Part shown: one piece after another, positions 39,613 to 50,533 of the stretch
Position numbering within the stretch: the first letter of the stretch is position 1
How the letters are laid out: every line of letters begins with the position of its first letter
Assembly: GCA_046290465.1 (NCBI GenBank)
Contig: JBKAGP010000001.1
Location: forward strand, 1,440,001-1,504,000
Source: Planctomycetota bacterium
GTDB taxonomy: Bacteria; Planctomycetota; UBA1135; UBA2386
Direction of reading: 5' to 3'
DNA: 64,000 nucleotides
The notes under the pieces: model-generated
What the model was told of the DNA's origin: nothing
Seen by the model: only the letters and a program-made list of their open reading frames with translations
Databases searched by the model: none
Made by a program: the position numbers and the translations under genes

Positions 39613-40393
39613 CCCGCTCGAACGCCATCAGCTCGTAGGTCAGGTGGCCGGCGACGTAGGCGTCCCACTCGAGCGTGCCGCAGTCGAGCATGTCGTCGAT
39701 GTCCTTGCGGATGCTCGCCACGCGGCCCTCGTACTCGGCGATCCAGCGGTCCTTGTTCTCGCGCAGGACCTCCAGACAGCGCCCCGTCATCCGGTAGGCG
39801 GCGCGGCTGACGTCGCACTTGGTGCGCAGCTGCAGGCCGAGCTGCTGCGCCCCCTTCAGCACGCGCGGCAGGAAATGGAAGCGGCCCTGTTCGCGCGGCA
39901 CGTCGACGTGCAGGAACTGGTCGCCGATGTGCAGCCGTCCGCCGGGACGCAGCGCCGCGTGCGCGCGGCGCAGCGTGTCGATCGGGTCGTCGAAGTACTG
40001 GAACGACTCCTGGAACAGCACCCAGTCGTAGGCGCGCTGCGGCACGAACTCCTCGAACCGGACCACCTGGAAGTCGACCGCATGCCGCACGTCGTCCTGC
40101 GCCGCAGCCAGCCGCGCGTACTCGACCAGCGGCGCATCCGGCGAGATCGACGTCACCGCGACGTCCTTGCGCGACAACCAGCGCGCGGTCGCGCCGAGCC
40201 CGGCGCCGACGTCGAGCGCGGTCTCGAGCCTGCCCGGCCGGAAGAACAGGTTGAGCTCCATCATGTTCTCCTGGGCCTGGCCCGGATCCTCGTCGTCGGT
40301 CCGGAACCAGCCGAAGTGCATGTGGTCCGACCCCGTCAGCAGGCGGAACAGGTAGTACGGTGCCGGCAGCGTGAAGACGTCGGGGGCGCTCAT
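39605..40393 (-). CDS. Class I SAM-dependent methyltransferase
   Basis: HMHFGWF, LDVGAGLG, LRPGG. Confidence 0.85.
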   Translation of the reverse strand: MSAPDVFTLPAPYYLFRLLTGSDHMHFGWFRTDDEDPGQAQENMMELNLFFRPGRLETALDVGAGLGATARWLSRKDVAVTSISPDAPLVEYARLAAAQDDVRHAVDFQVVRFEEFVPQRAYDWVLFQESFQYFDDPIDTLRRAHAALRPGGRLHIGDQFLHVDVPREQGRFHFLPRVLKGAQQLGLQLRTKCDVSRAAYRMTGRCLEVLRENKDRWIAEYEGRVASIRKDIDDMLDCGTLEWDAYVAGHLTYELMAFERVN

Positions 40394-40455
40394 GCGCGCA
40401 GCTTGGCCATTGCCGCCCCGCTTGGCAACTGCCGGCCGCCGCGGTTGGCTGCCGC

Positions 40456-42522
<2,067 letters not shown>

Positions 42523-42671
42523 GGTTTACTCGAATCGCGCCCGGTCGCGAGCCTCGGCCCGGCCAAACCGACCGCCACCCCCCGCCGTTGGAGGACGTTG
42601 ATCCCCGGCGCATACGCCCTTACCGTCGTGCGCTCGTTCGCCCCCTCGACCCAAACCCGGCAGGTTCCTCC

Positions 42672-43988
42672 GTGGCCAGACGCCGCTCCTCCGCATCCCG
42701 TCGCAGCAGCTCCTCCGCCCGCTCCGGCGCCCGTTCCTCGACCTCGTCGCAGCGCCCCCGCGCCCGCACCGACGGCAAGGTCGACATCCAGTGCCCGCAG
42801 TGCGGCGCCGCCTACCGCGTCGGCGAGGACATGCTCGACGAGAAGATCGAGTGCGCCGACTGCCACCGCGTCTTCTTCGCCAAGACCACGGCCGGCCGCC
42901 GCGTGCAGAAGCCGGACTACACCAAGGCCTACGTCGGCTTCGGCATCGCCGTGGTCGTGATCGTCGGCATCTTCATCGCCCTGGGCGGCAAAAAGGACGA
43001 GCCGAAGAAGAAGCAGACCGTCGAGCAGCCCAAGGTCGAGCAGTACAGCCGCGGCACCCACCCGCGCGCGCGCGAGCTGGCCGCCTGGGCCAAGTCGATC
43101 GGCGACAACAACCAGCTGGTACTGGCGCGCCACAGCGACCTGCGCGCGCTGTCCAAGCAGCTCGAGCTCGCCGACAGCGAGTCGGCGACCGTCATCAACG
43201 GCCTGCAGCAGCACGAGTCGACCGAACTGCTGCGCACGATGGACTGCAGCAGCGCCGAGCTCGACACCGAGCAGGACATGACCACACAGACCGGCAGCGG
43301 CAAGATCTACGTGACGCCGAAGTCGGGCGACGAGCGCTTCAAGCGCAACACCAACGGCATCTTCTCGGTGACGTTCCAGGTCGAGAACGGTACCGTCAAG
43401 GTGACCAGCTTCACGAAGACGCGCGAGCCGATCTACGCGCCCGGCAAGGACCCGAGCGTCAAGCGCTACGAGGTCAACAAGAACATCGCTAAGGCCGAGA
43501 GCGTGACGATCACCGACTCGGCCGGCACCCGCACGGTGCAGGAGTCCAAGCCCGGCCCGATGCCGCACTGGGACAAGGCCACGCCGGCCCAGCGCGAGAT
43601 GGCCGACAAGTGCGTCGCCGACATCATCGCCAGCGCCGACGACAACGCGCCCGGCGGGCTGTTCAACCGCGCGACCCTCAAGATCCGCAGCATGGAGGAC
43701 AAGCAGGCGGTGATCCCGCGCGTGCTCAACGCGATGTACGAGCGCTACGAGGACCCGAACCCGCGCAACATGGAGCTCAGCCAGCTCAACCGCGCAGTCG
43801 CCAACTGGACCGGCTACGCCGTCAACTACCAGGTCCGCGACAGCGGCGACGCCGAGAAGGACAAGAAGGAACGCCAGTCCTGCGTGCGCCAGTGGTTCGC
43901 GTTCTGGCGCCGCTACCACAAGGACCTGAGCGAGTTCTTCGACGAGGGCGACAACCTCGAAGGCGAAGGCGACGACGGCGGCAAGTAG
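42672..43988 (+). CDS. Zinc-ribbon / TM protein
   Basis: CPQC...CADC N-terminal ribbon, one TM, soluble C-terminal domain. Confidence 0.8.
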   Translation: MARRRSSASRRSSSSARSGARSSTSSQRPRARTDGKVDIQCPQCGAAYRVGEDMLDEKIECADCHRVFFAKTTAGRRVQKPDYTKAYVGFGIAVVVIVGIFIALGGKKDEPKKKQTVEQPKVEQYSRGTHPRARELAAWAKSIGDNNQLVLARHSDLRALSKQLELADSESATVINGLQQHESTELLRTMDCSSAELDTEQDMTTQTGSGKIYVTPKSGDERFKRNTNGIFSVTFQVENGTVKVTSFTKTREPIYAPGKDPSVKRYEVNKNIAKAESVTITDSAGTRTVQESKPGPMPHWDKATPAQREMADKCVADIIASADDNAPGGLFNRATLKIRSMEDKQAVIPRVLNAMYERYEDPNPRNMELSQLNRAVANWTGYAVNYQVRDSGDAEKDKKERQSCVRQWFAFWRRYHKDLSEFFDEGDNLEGEGDDGGK

Positions 43989-44027
43989 GCCGCCGCGCCC
44001 GTCCTTGGCCCGACCGCGCTGCACGAC

Positions 44028-44078
44028 CCTCCCGCACAACTCCGCCTCCCGCACAACCCCGCCTCCCGCACAACCCCG
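44028..44078. repeat. 3 x 17-bp intergenic tandem repeat (CCTCCCGCACAACYCCG)
   Basis: Read directly from sequence. Confidence 0.9.
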
Positions 44079-44110
44079 ACCGATTCCGAGCGACCAGGAG
44101 CCCCCAACCG

Positions 44111-45352
44111 ATGAGCGTCATCCCGATCACCTGTGACAACTGCGGCGCGAAGTACAAGCTTCCGCCGACCTTCAAGGGCGACCAGGCCAAGTGCCAGAAG
44201 TGCGGCAGCGTGATCGACGTCGCCAAGCAGCGCGCGGCCGCCGAAGGTGGCGAAGAGGCCAAGCCCGCCGCCGCCGCCAGGCCCGCCGCCGCCGCCCGGC
44301 CGGCCGTCGACCGCAGCAAGCGCACGGCTGGTGCCGGCCGCAAGGCTGCCGCCGGCAAGGTGACTGCCGGCAAGGCTGCCGCCGACAAGCCGGCGCGTCC
44401 GACCCGCGGCCGCGGCCGTGCTGCAGCGGGCGATGACGACGGCGAGGAGCGCCCCCGTCGCGGTCGTCAGGAGAAAAAGAGCAACAACATGCCGCTGATC
44501 CTCGGCGGCATCGGGGTGCTCGCGATCGCCGTCGTCGCGTTCCTGATGATGAACGGCGGCAAGAAGGACGACGACAAGCAGGGCGACCAGCAGGCGCAGA
44601 CCGACACGAACAACACCGACGGCAACACCGACGGCAACACCGGCGGCAGCAACGCGGCGAACGCCAACGCCAGCGAGTCCGGCAAGCCGGCCGAGGGCGA
44701 CGGCAAGCCCGCCGAGAAGCCGGCCGAAGGGGACGGCAAGCCCGCCGAGGGCTCTGCCAAGCCAGCCGAAGGAGACGGCAAGCCCGGCGAAGGGGACGCC
44801 AAGCCGGCCGAGAAGCCCGCCGCGTCGTCGCCCGACGCGGTGCCGATGCCCGACGTCGCCGAAGGCGAGAAGAAGGAGCCGTGGATGCGCCAGCGCAACC
44901 CGGCCGAGACCATGGCGGACGTCAAGTCGGCCGGCGAGCTGTACGGCGACGTGCAGTGGCCGGAGAGCATCGACGCAGCCAAGAAGACCGAGCTGCAGGG
45001 CATCGCCGAGGACCTCGACGTCAACGGCGGCATCCGCCACATCCGCGCCAAGAACAAGCTCGCCAAGGAGGGCTACCCGGCCCTGTTCGCGATCCTCGAG
45101 CGGCTGCACGGCCTCGACTACCGTCGGGCCGAGGACGCCGCGTTCGGATTCGAGCTCAACAAGGTGATCGAGGACATCACCGGCGGCCTCAACGCGCGCT
45201 ACTCGGCGGTGCAGGCCGGCGAGGAGATCCACCCCGCCAAGGCGCAGTGGAACACCAAGACGGTGAAGGCGTGGATGTCGACGTTCGCGAAGTGGCCGGA
45301 CGAGGCCGCCTTCACCGAGGCGAAGAAGGAACGCGCCAAGAAGAACGGCTGA
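44111..45352 (+). CDS. Zinc-ribbon / TM protein with KPAEGDG low-complexity repeats
   Basis: CDNC...CQKC, one TM, KPAE repeats. Confidence 0.8.
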   Translation: MSVIPITCDNCGAKYKLPPTFKGDQAKCQKCGSVIDVAKQRAAAEGGEEAKPAAAARPAAAARPAVDRSKRTAGAGRKAAAGKVTAGKAAADKPARPTRGRGRAAAGDDDGEERPRRGRQEKKSNNMPLILGGIGVLAIAVVAFLMMNGGKKDDDKQGDQQAQTDTNNTDGNTDGNTGGSNAANANASESGKPAEGDGKPAEKPAEGDGKPAEGSAKPAEGDGKPGEGDAKPAEKPAASSPDAVPMPDVAEGEKKEPWMRQRNPAETMADVKSAGELYGDVQWPESIDAAKKTELQGIAEDLDVNGGIRHIRAKNKLAKEGYPALFAILERLHGLDYRRAEDAAFGFELNKVIEDITGGLNARYSAVQAGEEIHPAKAQWNTKTVKAWMSTFAKWPDEAAFTEAKKERAKKNG

Positions 45353-45368
45353 TCGCCGCGGCCGATCC

Positions 45369-45420
45369 CCGCAGCCGGGCGCCGCAACCGGGCGCCGCAG
45401 CCGGGCGCCGCAGCCGGGCG
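45369..45420. repeat. 4 x 13-bp intergenic tandem repeat (CCGCARCCGGGCG)
   Basis: Read directly from sequence. Confidence 0.9.
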
Positions 45421-45607
45421 CCCGGCCGGCTGGCCGCACTGCCGCCCAGTCCGCTCGCGGCATTGGTGCCATCCTTGCGGCCACCGCGACGCCGCTTCCG
45501 CCACGCCTGGATCGAAGGCGCGGCGCTGCCGCACGCAGGAAGAGTGGTTGCAGAAGGCGCGGCAGACGCGCATGCGCCGCCGGTTTGCGTATGCTGCTCG
45601 CCCCCAC

Positions 45608-47059
45608 ATGACCGACTTCGCCGCCGACCTCACCCCCCGCGAGATCACCCGCCGCCTCGACGAGTACATCGTCGGACAGCCGAAGGCCAAGCGCGCCGTC
45701 GCCGTGGCGCTGCGCAACCGCTGGCGTCGCCGCCAGCTCGGCGCCGAGATGGCCGCGGACGTCTACCCGAAGAACATCCTGCTGATCGGCCCGACCGGGG
45801 TCGGCAAGACCGAGATCGCCCGCCGCCTGGCGACGCTGGCGCGCGCGCCGTTCGTCAAGGTCGAGGCGACCAAGTACAGCGAGACCGGCTACCACGGCCG
45901 CGACGTCGAGTCGATGGTGCGCGACATGGTCGACGCGTCGATCGCGCTGGTGCGCGCCGAGAAGGTCAAGGAGGTCGAGCAGAAGGCCAGCGAGGCCGCC
46001 GAGGAGCGCATCTACGAGGCGATGCTCGAGGAACTCGGCCTCGAGGAGTACCAGGACGGCAGCGCCGGCATGCCCGGCATCATGGAGGGCGGCTTCTGGA
46101 AGCCGCTGCCGCAGCAGAAGGACCAGGACGAGGAACGCGACTACGACTCGCCGCAGGACCTGGCCGAGCGCGAACAGGCGCGCGTGCGCCTGCGCGACGA
46201 CCTGCGCGAACGCCGCCTCGAGGCGCGCACCGTCGAGGTCGAGGTCGCCGACTCGTCGACGCCGACGCTCAGCGTGATGGGCCCGCAGGGCAACGAGACG
46301 ATGGGCATCGACGCGGCTGCGCTGCAGGAGATGTGGGGTCGGTCGCCGGGCAGCAAGACCAAGGTCCGCAAGCTGACCATCAAGGAGGCGCGCGCGATCA
46401 TCCACGACGAGGAGGCGGACAAGCTGCTCGACCAGGACGCGATCGTGCAGGAGGCGCTCGACCGCGCCCAGAACGACGGCATCGTGTTCGTCGACGAAAT
46501 CGACAAGATCGTCAGCTCGGGCGGCAGCGACGGCCCGGACGTGTCGCGCGAAGGCGTGCAGCGCGACCTGCTGTCGGTCGTCGAAGGCTGCGCCGTCTAC
46601 ACGCGCTACGGCCACGTGCGCACCGACCACATGCTGTTCCTGGCGGCCGGCGCGTTCCACTTCCACAAGCCGAGCGAACTGATCCCCGAGCTGCAGGGCC
46701 GCTTCCCGGTGCGGGTCGCGCTGCAGTCGCTGACCGAGGACGACTTCGTGCGCATCCTCAGCGAGCCGAAGAACGCGCTGACGCGCCAGTACGTGGCGCT
46801 GTTCCAGACCGAGCACGTCGAGCTGACGTTCACCGAGGACGGCCTGCGGCGCCTCGCCGGGCTGGCGTTCCGCGCCAACAAGACCACCCAGGACATCGGC
46901 GCGCGCCGCCTGATGACGATCCTCGAGAAGTGCCTCGAGGACCTGTCGTTCGAGGCCAGCGAGCGGTCGGGCGACAAGGTCGTCGTCGACCAGAAGCTGG
47001 TCGACGAGCTGCTAGGCGAGACCGGCGACGACGAGGACCTGATCCGCTACGACATGTAG
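45608..47059 (+). CDS. hslU: ATP-dependent protease ATPase subunit HslU
   Basis: ALRNRWRR, GPTGVGKTE, VKVEATK, FVDEIDKI, SREGVQRDLL, IGARRL. Confidence 0.95.
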   Translation: MTDFAADLTPREITRRLDEYIVGQPKAKRAVAVALRNRWRRRQLGAEMAADVYPKNILLIGPTGVGKTEIARRLATLARAPFVKVEATKYSETGYHGRDVESMVRDMVDASIALVRAEKVKEVEQKASEAAEERIYEAMLEELGLEEYQDGSAGMPGIMEGGFWKPLPQQKDQDEERDYDSPQDLAEREQARVRLRDDLRERRLEARTVEVEVADSSTPTLSVMGPQGNETMGIDAAALQEMWGRSPGSKTKVRKLTIKEARAIIHDEEADKLLDQDAIVQEALDRAQNDGIVFVDEIDKIVSSGGSDGPDVSREGVQRDLLSVVEGCAVYTRYGHVRTDHMLFLAAGAFHFHKPSELIPELQGRFPVRVALQSLTEDDFVRILSEPKNALTRQYVALFQTEHVELTFTEDGLRRLAGLAFRANKTTQDIGARRLMTILEKCLEDLSFEASERSGDKVVVDQKLVDELLGETGDDEDLIRYDM

Positions 47060-47216
47060 CGGCAGTGCGGTGCGCCCAGCCGGCCCACTGGCAGCGCCGA
47101 TTCCAGGCCCCGGGGCCAGCAGCCGTGGTTGCCTCCGGACCGCGCTCGGCCGAGAATCCGCGGAACCGCAGCAACACCAGCTCGAACCACGGCGGCCTAC
47201 ACCGCCACTCTCGTAG

Positions 47217-47798
47217 ATGACCGAAATCACCAACGAACTCGTCCTCAAGGCCCAGACGGGCGACGAGGCGGCCAACCGGGCCATCGTCGAGGGCCTGCAG
47301 CGGCCGGTGATCGCAACGATCTATCGCTTTCTCGGACCCGGCTACCGACGCGAGGTCGAGGACCTCGCCCAAGAGGTGTTCCTGAAGGTGTTCCGAGCCA
47401 TCCAGAAGTTCGATCCGTCCCGCGCGAAGTTCACGACGTGGGTCTACACGTTCGTTCGCAACCACTGCTTCGACGTGCTCAAGAAGCGTCGCCTGAAGAC
47501 CACCAGCATGAGCTCGGTCGAGACGGACGACAACGACCGCGACTTCGCCGACCGGCGTGAGCTGCAGCCGACCGAGGACGCCGAGAACACCGAGCTCGGC
47601 CGGCGCATCGGCGAGGCGCTGTCGACGCTCGGCGAGGACCAGCGCATGGTGTTCGTGCTGCGCGAATACGAGCAGCTCGACTACCGCGAGATCGCGTCGA
47701 TCACCGGCGTCAACGAGGGCACGGTGAAGTCGCGCCTGTTCCGCGCCAAGGAATCGCTGCGCAAGCAGCTGGCCCCCTACCTGGAGGCCGGCGCATGA
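47217..47798 (+). CDS. ECF sigma factor
   Basis: EDLAQEVF, FTTWVY, LDYREIA, GTVKSRLFRA. Confidence 0.93.
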   Translation: MTEITNELVLKAQTGDEAANRAIVEGLQRPVIATIYRFLGPGYRREVEDLAQEVFLKVFRAIQKFDPSRAKFTTWVYTFVRNHCFDVLKKRRLKTTSMSSVETDDNDRDFADRRELQPTEDAENTELGRRIGEALSTLGEDQRMVFVLREYEQLDYREIASITGVNEGTVKSRLFRAKESLRKQLAPYLEAGA

Positions 47799-48655
47799 GC
47801 CCCCACGACCAACACGAACACGAGCCGGACCGGAACGGGGCGGAACGAAACGGGGCGGACCGAAACGGGGCGGGCGGCGAGCCGCACTGGAACGAACTGG
47901 ACGCGGTGCGCCGCTTCCCGTCCGAGGACGAATGGCTCGATCTGCCGATGCCGACCGACGAGCAGCTGCCCGACAGCGAACTCGACGGCAACGACGGCAG
48001 TTCGTTCGCCGACCGCGTGCTGCAGGCCAACCGCGAGGAGCGCGAGCTCGACGAGCGGCTGGCCGAGCTCGACCGGCTGCTGCCGCGCGAGCTGCTGCTA
48101 CAGTTTCGCGCGCCGGAGCCGAGCGCTTCGTTCGCGGCCGACACGACCGATCGCGCGCAGCAGGACCGGCGGCAACGCTGGGCCGAGACGCTGTCGCGCT
48201 ACGTCGCGCCGGAGCCATCGCCCGAGTTCGTCAACCGCACGCTCGCCGCGCTGCAGGACGACCAGGACCCGACCCGCGCGGCGGCCCAGCAAGGCAGAAC
48301 CCAGCAAGGCAGGTCCCAGCAAGGCAAAGCACCGACCAGCGCGACCACGACGACGCCCCGTCGGGCGGGCCCCTCGGCCGGCTCTCGGTCCAGCAACCGC
48401 ACCAACCTGCCGATGTGGGGCCTGCTGTCCGCTGCGGCCGCGGCGCTGCTGTGGCTGACGCTGACCGATCGCACCCGGCAACCGCTGGAGGTGCGCATCG
48501 CCGACCAGGCCCCGACCTCGGTCGCCTACGTCGACTCGACCACGCCGATGGCCGCGATCCTGTCGCACGTCGCCGACGACGAAGAGCCGCACGCGCTGTT
48601 CGACGAGCCGGTCGACGGTCTCTGGCTGGTCGGCGAAAGCGGGGAGCTGCGATGA
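47795..48655 (+). CDS. Putative anti-sigma factor (single TM)
   Basis: ATGA overlap with the ECF sigma; two APEPSxxF repeats, one TM. Confidence 0.65.
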   Translation: MSPHDQHEHEPDRNGAERNGADRNGAGGEPHWNELDAVRRFPSEDEWLDLPMPTDEQLPDSELDGNDGSSFADRVLQANREERELDERLAELDRLLPRELLLQFRAPEPSASFAADTTDRAQQDRRQRWAETLSRYVAPEPSPEFVNRTLAALQDDQDPTRAAAQQGRTQQGRSQQGKAPTSATTTTPRRAGPSAGSRSSNRTNLPMWGLLSAAAAALLWLTLTDRTRQPLEVRIADQAPTSVAYVDSTTPMAAILSHVADDEEPHALFDEPVDGLWLVGESGELR

Positions 48656-50112
48656 AGCTCGGTCCGGCGATCCTGCGGCTGGCGCTGGCAACGGCGCCCG
48701 CCTGGTCCGGCAGCGCGGTGCTCGCGCAGACCGAGGCGTCCGCGGACGCGATCGAGCGACTGCTCGCCGAGCTCGACGAACGGTTCGAGCGCGGCGACGT
48801 GCAGGGCTACCTGGCGCGGTTCGAACCCGACCACCGCGGCGCCGTCGCGATGGCCGGCCGGCACCTCGAACGCCTGGTCGCGGTCAGCAAGCGGCGCAGC
48901 CGCAGCTCGCGCATCTTCGCCGGTCCGAGCCAGGTCGGCAGCCGCACGCTGGTGCGCGTCCGCCACGACCTCGAACTGACAATCGGCGCCGGCGCGCCAC
49001 GCAAGTTCACCGAGGACTCCTACCTCGCGGTTCGCGTCGAGGACGGCGAGCTGATCCCGACGTTCGCCGTCGAGATGCCGCCGGCGATGAACTGCGTCAA
49101 GGGCAACAAGTTCAAGTGCCCGCCGTGCAACTACGAGATCGGCGGCGTCGACGGCTTCCTGTGCGTGCCGCTGCGCCAGGAGAAGTCGCTCGCCCTCGAG
49201 TCGGCGAGCTTCTACCTGATCGGCACCGGCGTGGTCTGCGACGTGCACGTCCAGGTGCAGAGCGAGCCGCAAAAGGCGCAGGTGGCGGCGCGCCGTCTGG
49301 CCGAGGCGTTCGCCAAGATCGAGCCGACCGCCGAGGTCGGCCTGGCGACCGCGTGGGCGCCGCCGATGCACGCCAAGGATCCGCCGTCGGGAATGGACAG
49401 CGCCCGCGTCGTCGTCAAGCTGCCGCAGGACAGCCCGAAGGCCGACGGCGAACGCACGATCTTCCACGTGGTGGCGTTCGGCGGCCTGCAGCACGTGCTG
49501 CTGGTGCGCGGCAGCACCGCGTCGCTGGCCGCGCACGCGGCGGCGCTCGACGCGTTGTTCCAGAGCTACATGCTGCTCGAGGTCGACTGCGACCTCGCCG
49601 AGGCGGCGGCGCGGCCGCTGCGCCATCACATCGGCGGCGCGTTCGACGGCAGCCGCTACGACAACCGCCGCTATGGCGTGACGTTCACCGGCCCGAAGGG
49701 CTGGCGCCCCGAGCACCGCATCGGCGGCGCGCGGTTCCGCGCCCGCTGGACTGGCCCGGACGGCAGCCAGCTGTGGCTGATCGGCTACGGCGTGCCGGCG
49801 GGCATGCAGGCCTGGACCAGCAAGCTGGCCGATCGCTGGATCGCGCACCATTGCGACAAGCACGGGCTGAAGGTCGCCGACCCGCAGCCCGAGGGGCTCG
49901 ACGACGACTGGCACGAGTCGGCGGCCGGCGCGCTCGAGCGTTCGTGCGTGCTGACCTGTGCCGAGCCGTCGTCGCCGACGACGCCGCGGCGCCGGGTCCT
50001 GCACGTGCAGCTGCACGACGACCTGCTGCTGATCGTCGACGGCTTCGGCGGCGGCAAACAGGCCGAACGCGCGGTGTTGACGACGCTCGGCTCGCTGGCC
50101 CGCAAGCGCTGA
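48652..50112 (+). CDS. Secreted hypothetical protein with CPPC motif
   Basis: Signal peptide, ATGA overlap with upstream gene, Cys-rich central segment. Confidence 0.75.
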   Translation: MKLGPAILRLALATAPAWSGSAVLAQTEASADAIERLLAELDERFERGDVQGYLARFEPDHRGAVAMAGRHLERLVAVSKRRSRSSRIFAGPSQVGSRTLVRVRHDLELTIGAGAPRKFTEDSYLAVRVEDGELIPTFAVEMPPAMNCVKGNKFKCPPCNYEIGGVDGFLCVPLRQEKSLALESASFYLIGTGVVCDVHVQVQSEPQKAQVAARRLAEAFAKIEPTAEVGLATAWAPPMHAKDPPSGMDSARVVVKLPQDSPKADGERTIFHVVAFGGLQHVLLVRGSTASLAAHAAALDALFQSYMLLEVDCDLAEAAARPLRHHIGGAFDGSRYDNRRYGVTFTGPKGWRPEHRIGGARFRARWTGPDGSQLWLIGYGVPAGMQAWTSKLADRWIAHHCDKHGLKVADPQPEGLDDDWHESAAGALERSCVLTCAEPSSPTTPRRRVLHVQLHDDLLLIVDGFGGGKQAERAVLTTLGSLARKR

Positions 50113-50169
50113 CGAGAACGCGACCGGCCGAAGGCTGACCGGCACCCGCGCCGCGGCTAGACTGCCGGC

Positions 50170-50529
50170 GTGAACATTCCCGCCGGCATGCAGGTGGCCT
50201 TCCAGGGCAAGGCCGCGTCGATGCGCGAGATCGCGCAGCAGCTCCAGCAGGCGGGCATCCGCACGGCCTCCGGACCGCTGCCCGGCGGCTGAGGCCCGCA
50301 CGCCTGGCTCGCGGTCGCGAGCGACGAACGGCAGCGCGCGATGGACGTGCACCAGCAGCACCTCGACGACATGGTGCGCCGGCAGGGCCTGCCGGTGCAC
50401 GACATCGTCACCGACCTCAGCGCCGAGCAGACCCAGTGCCCGGCGTGCCTGACCATGTTCGCGACCGAGGGCCGCACGCGCTGTCCCGACTGTGGCCTCA
50501 ACTTCGGTGGCCTCAACTTCGGCGGCTGA
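50170..50529 (+). CDS. Probable small selenoprotein (Sec at codon 41, GG-U-GP) with C-terminal zinc ribbon
   Basis: In-frame TGA at 50290-50292 between two high-GC3 segments in the same frame; SECIS-like hairpin immediately downstream; CPAC...CPDC. Confidence 0.8.
50293..50326 (+). promoter_or_regulatory. Bacterial SECIS-like element
   Basis: Stem GCTCGC (50307-50312) / GCGAGC (50317-50322) with GGTC loop, 20 nt after the TGA. Confidence 0.75.
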
Positions 50530-50533
50530 AACG

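Noticed and set aside
47825..48330. 15-bp in-frame triplications in the anti-sigma gene (xRNGA x3; QQGRx x3), and the GLNFG duplication at 50494-50523
   Set aside because: Ordinary in-frame slippage duplications in disordered regions
50290..50292. Alternative genetic code (TGA = Trp/Gly)
   Set aside because: TGA acts as a normal stop in many genes of the window (kdsA, recQ, uvrC), and only this site has a SECIS-like hairpin that I noticed
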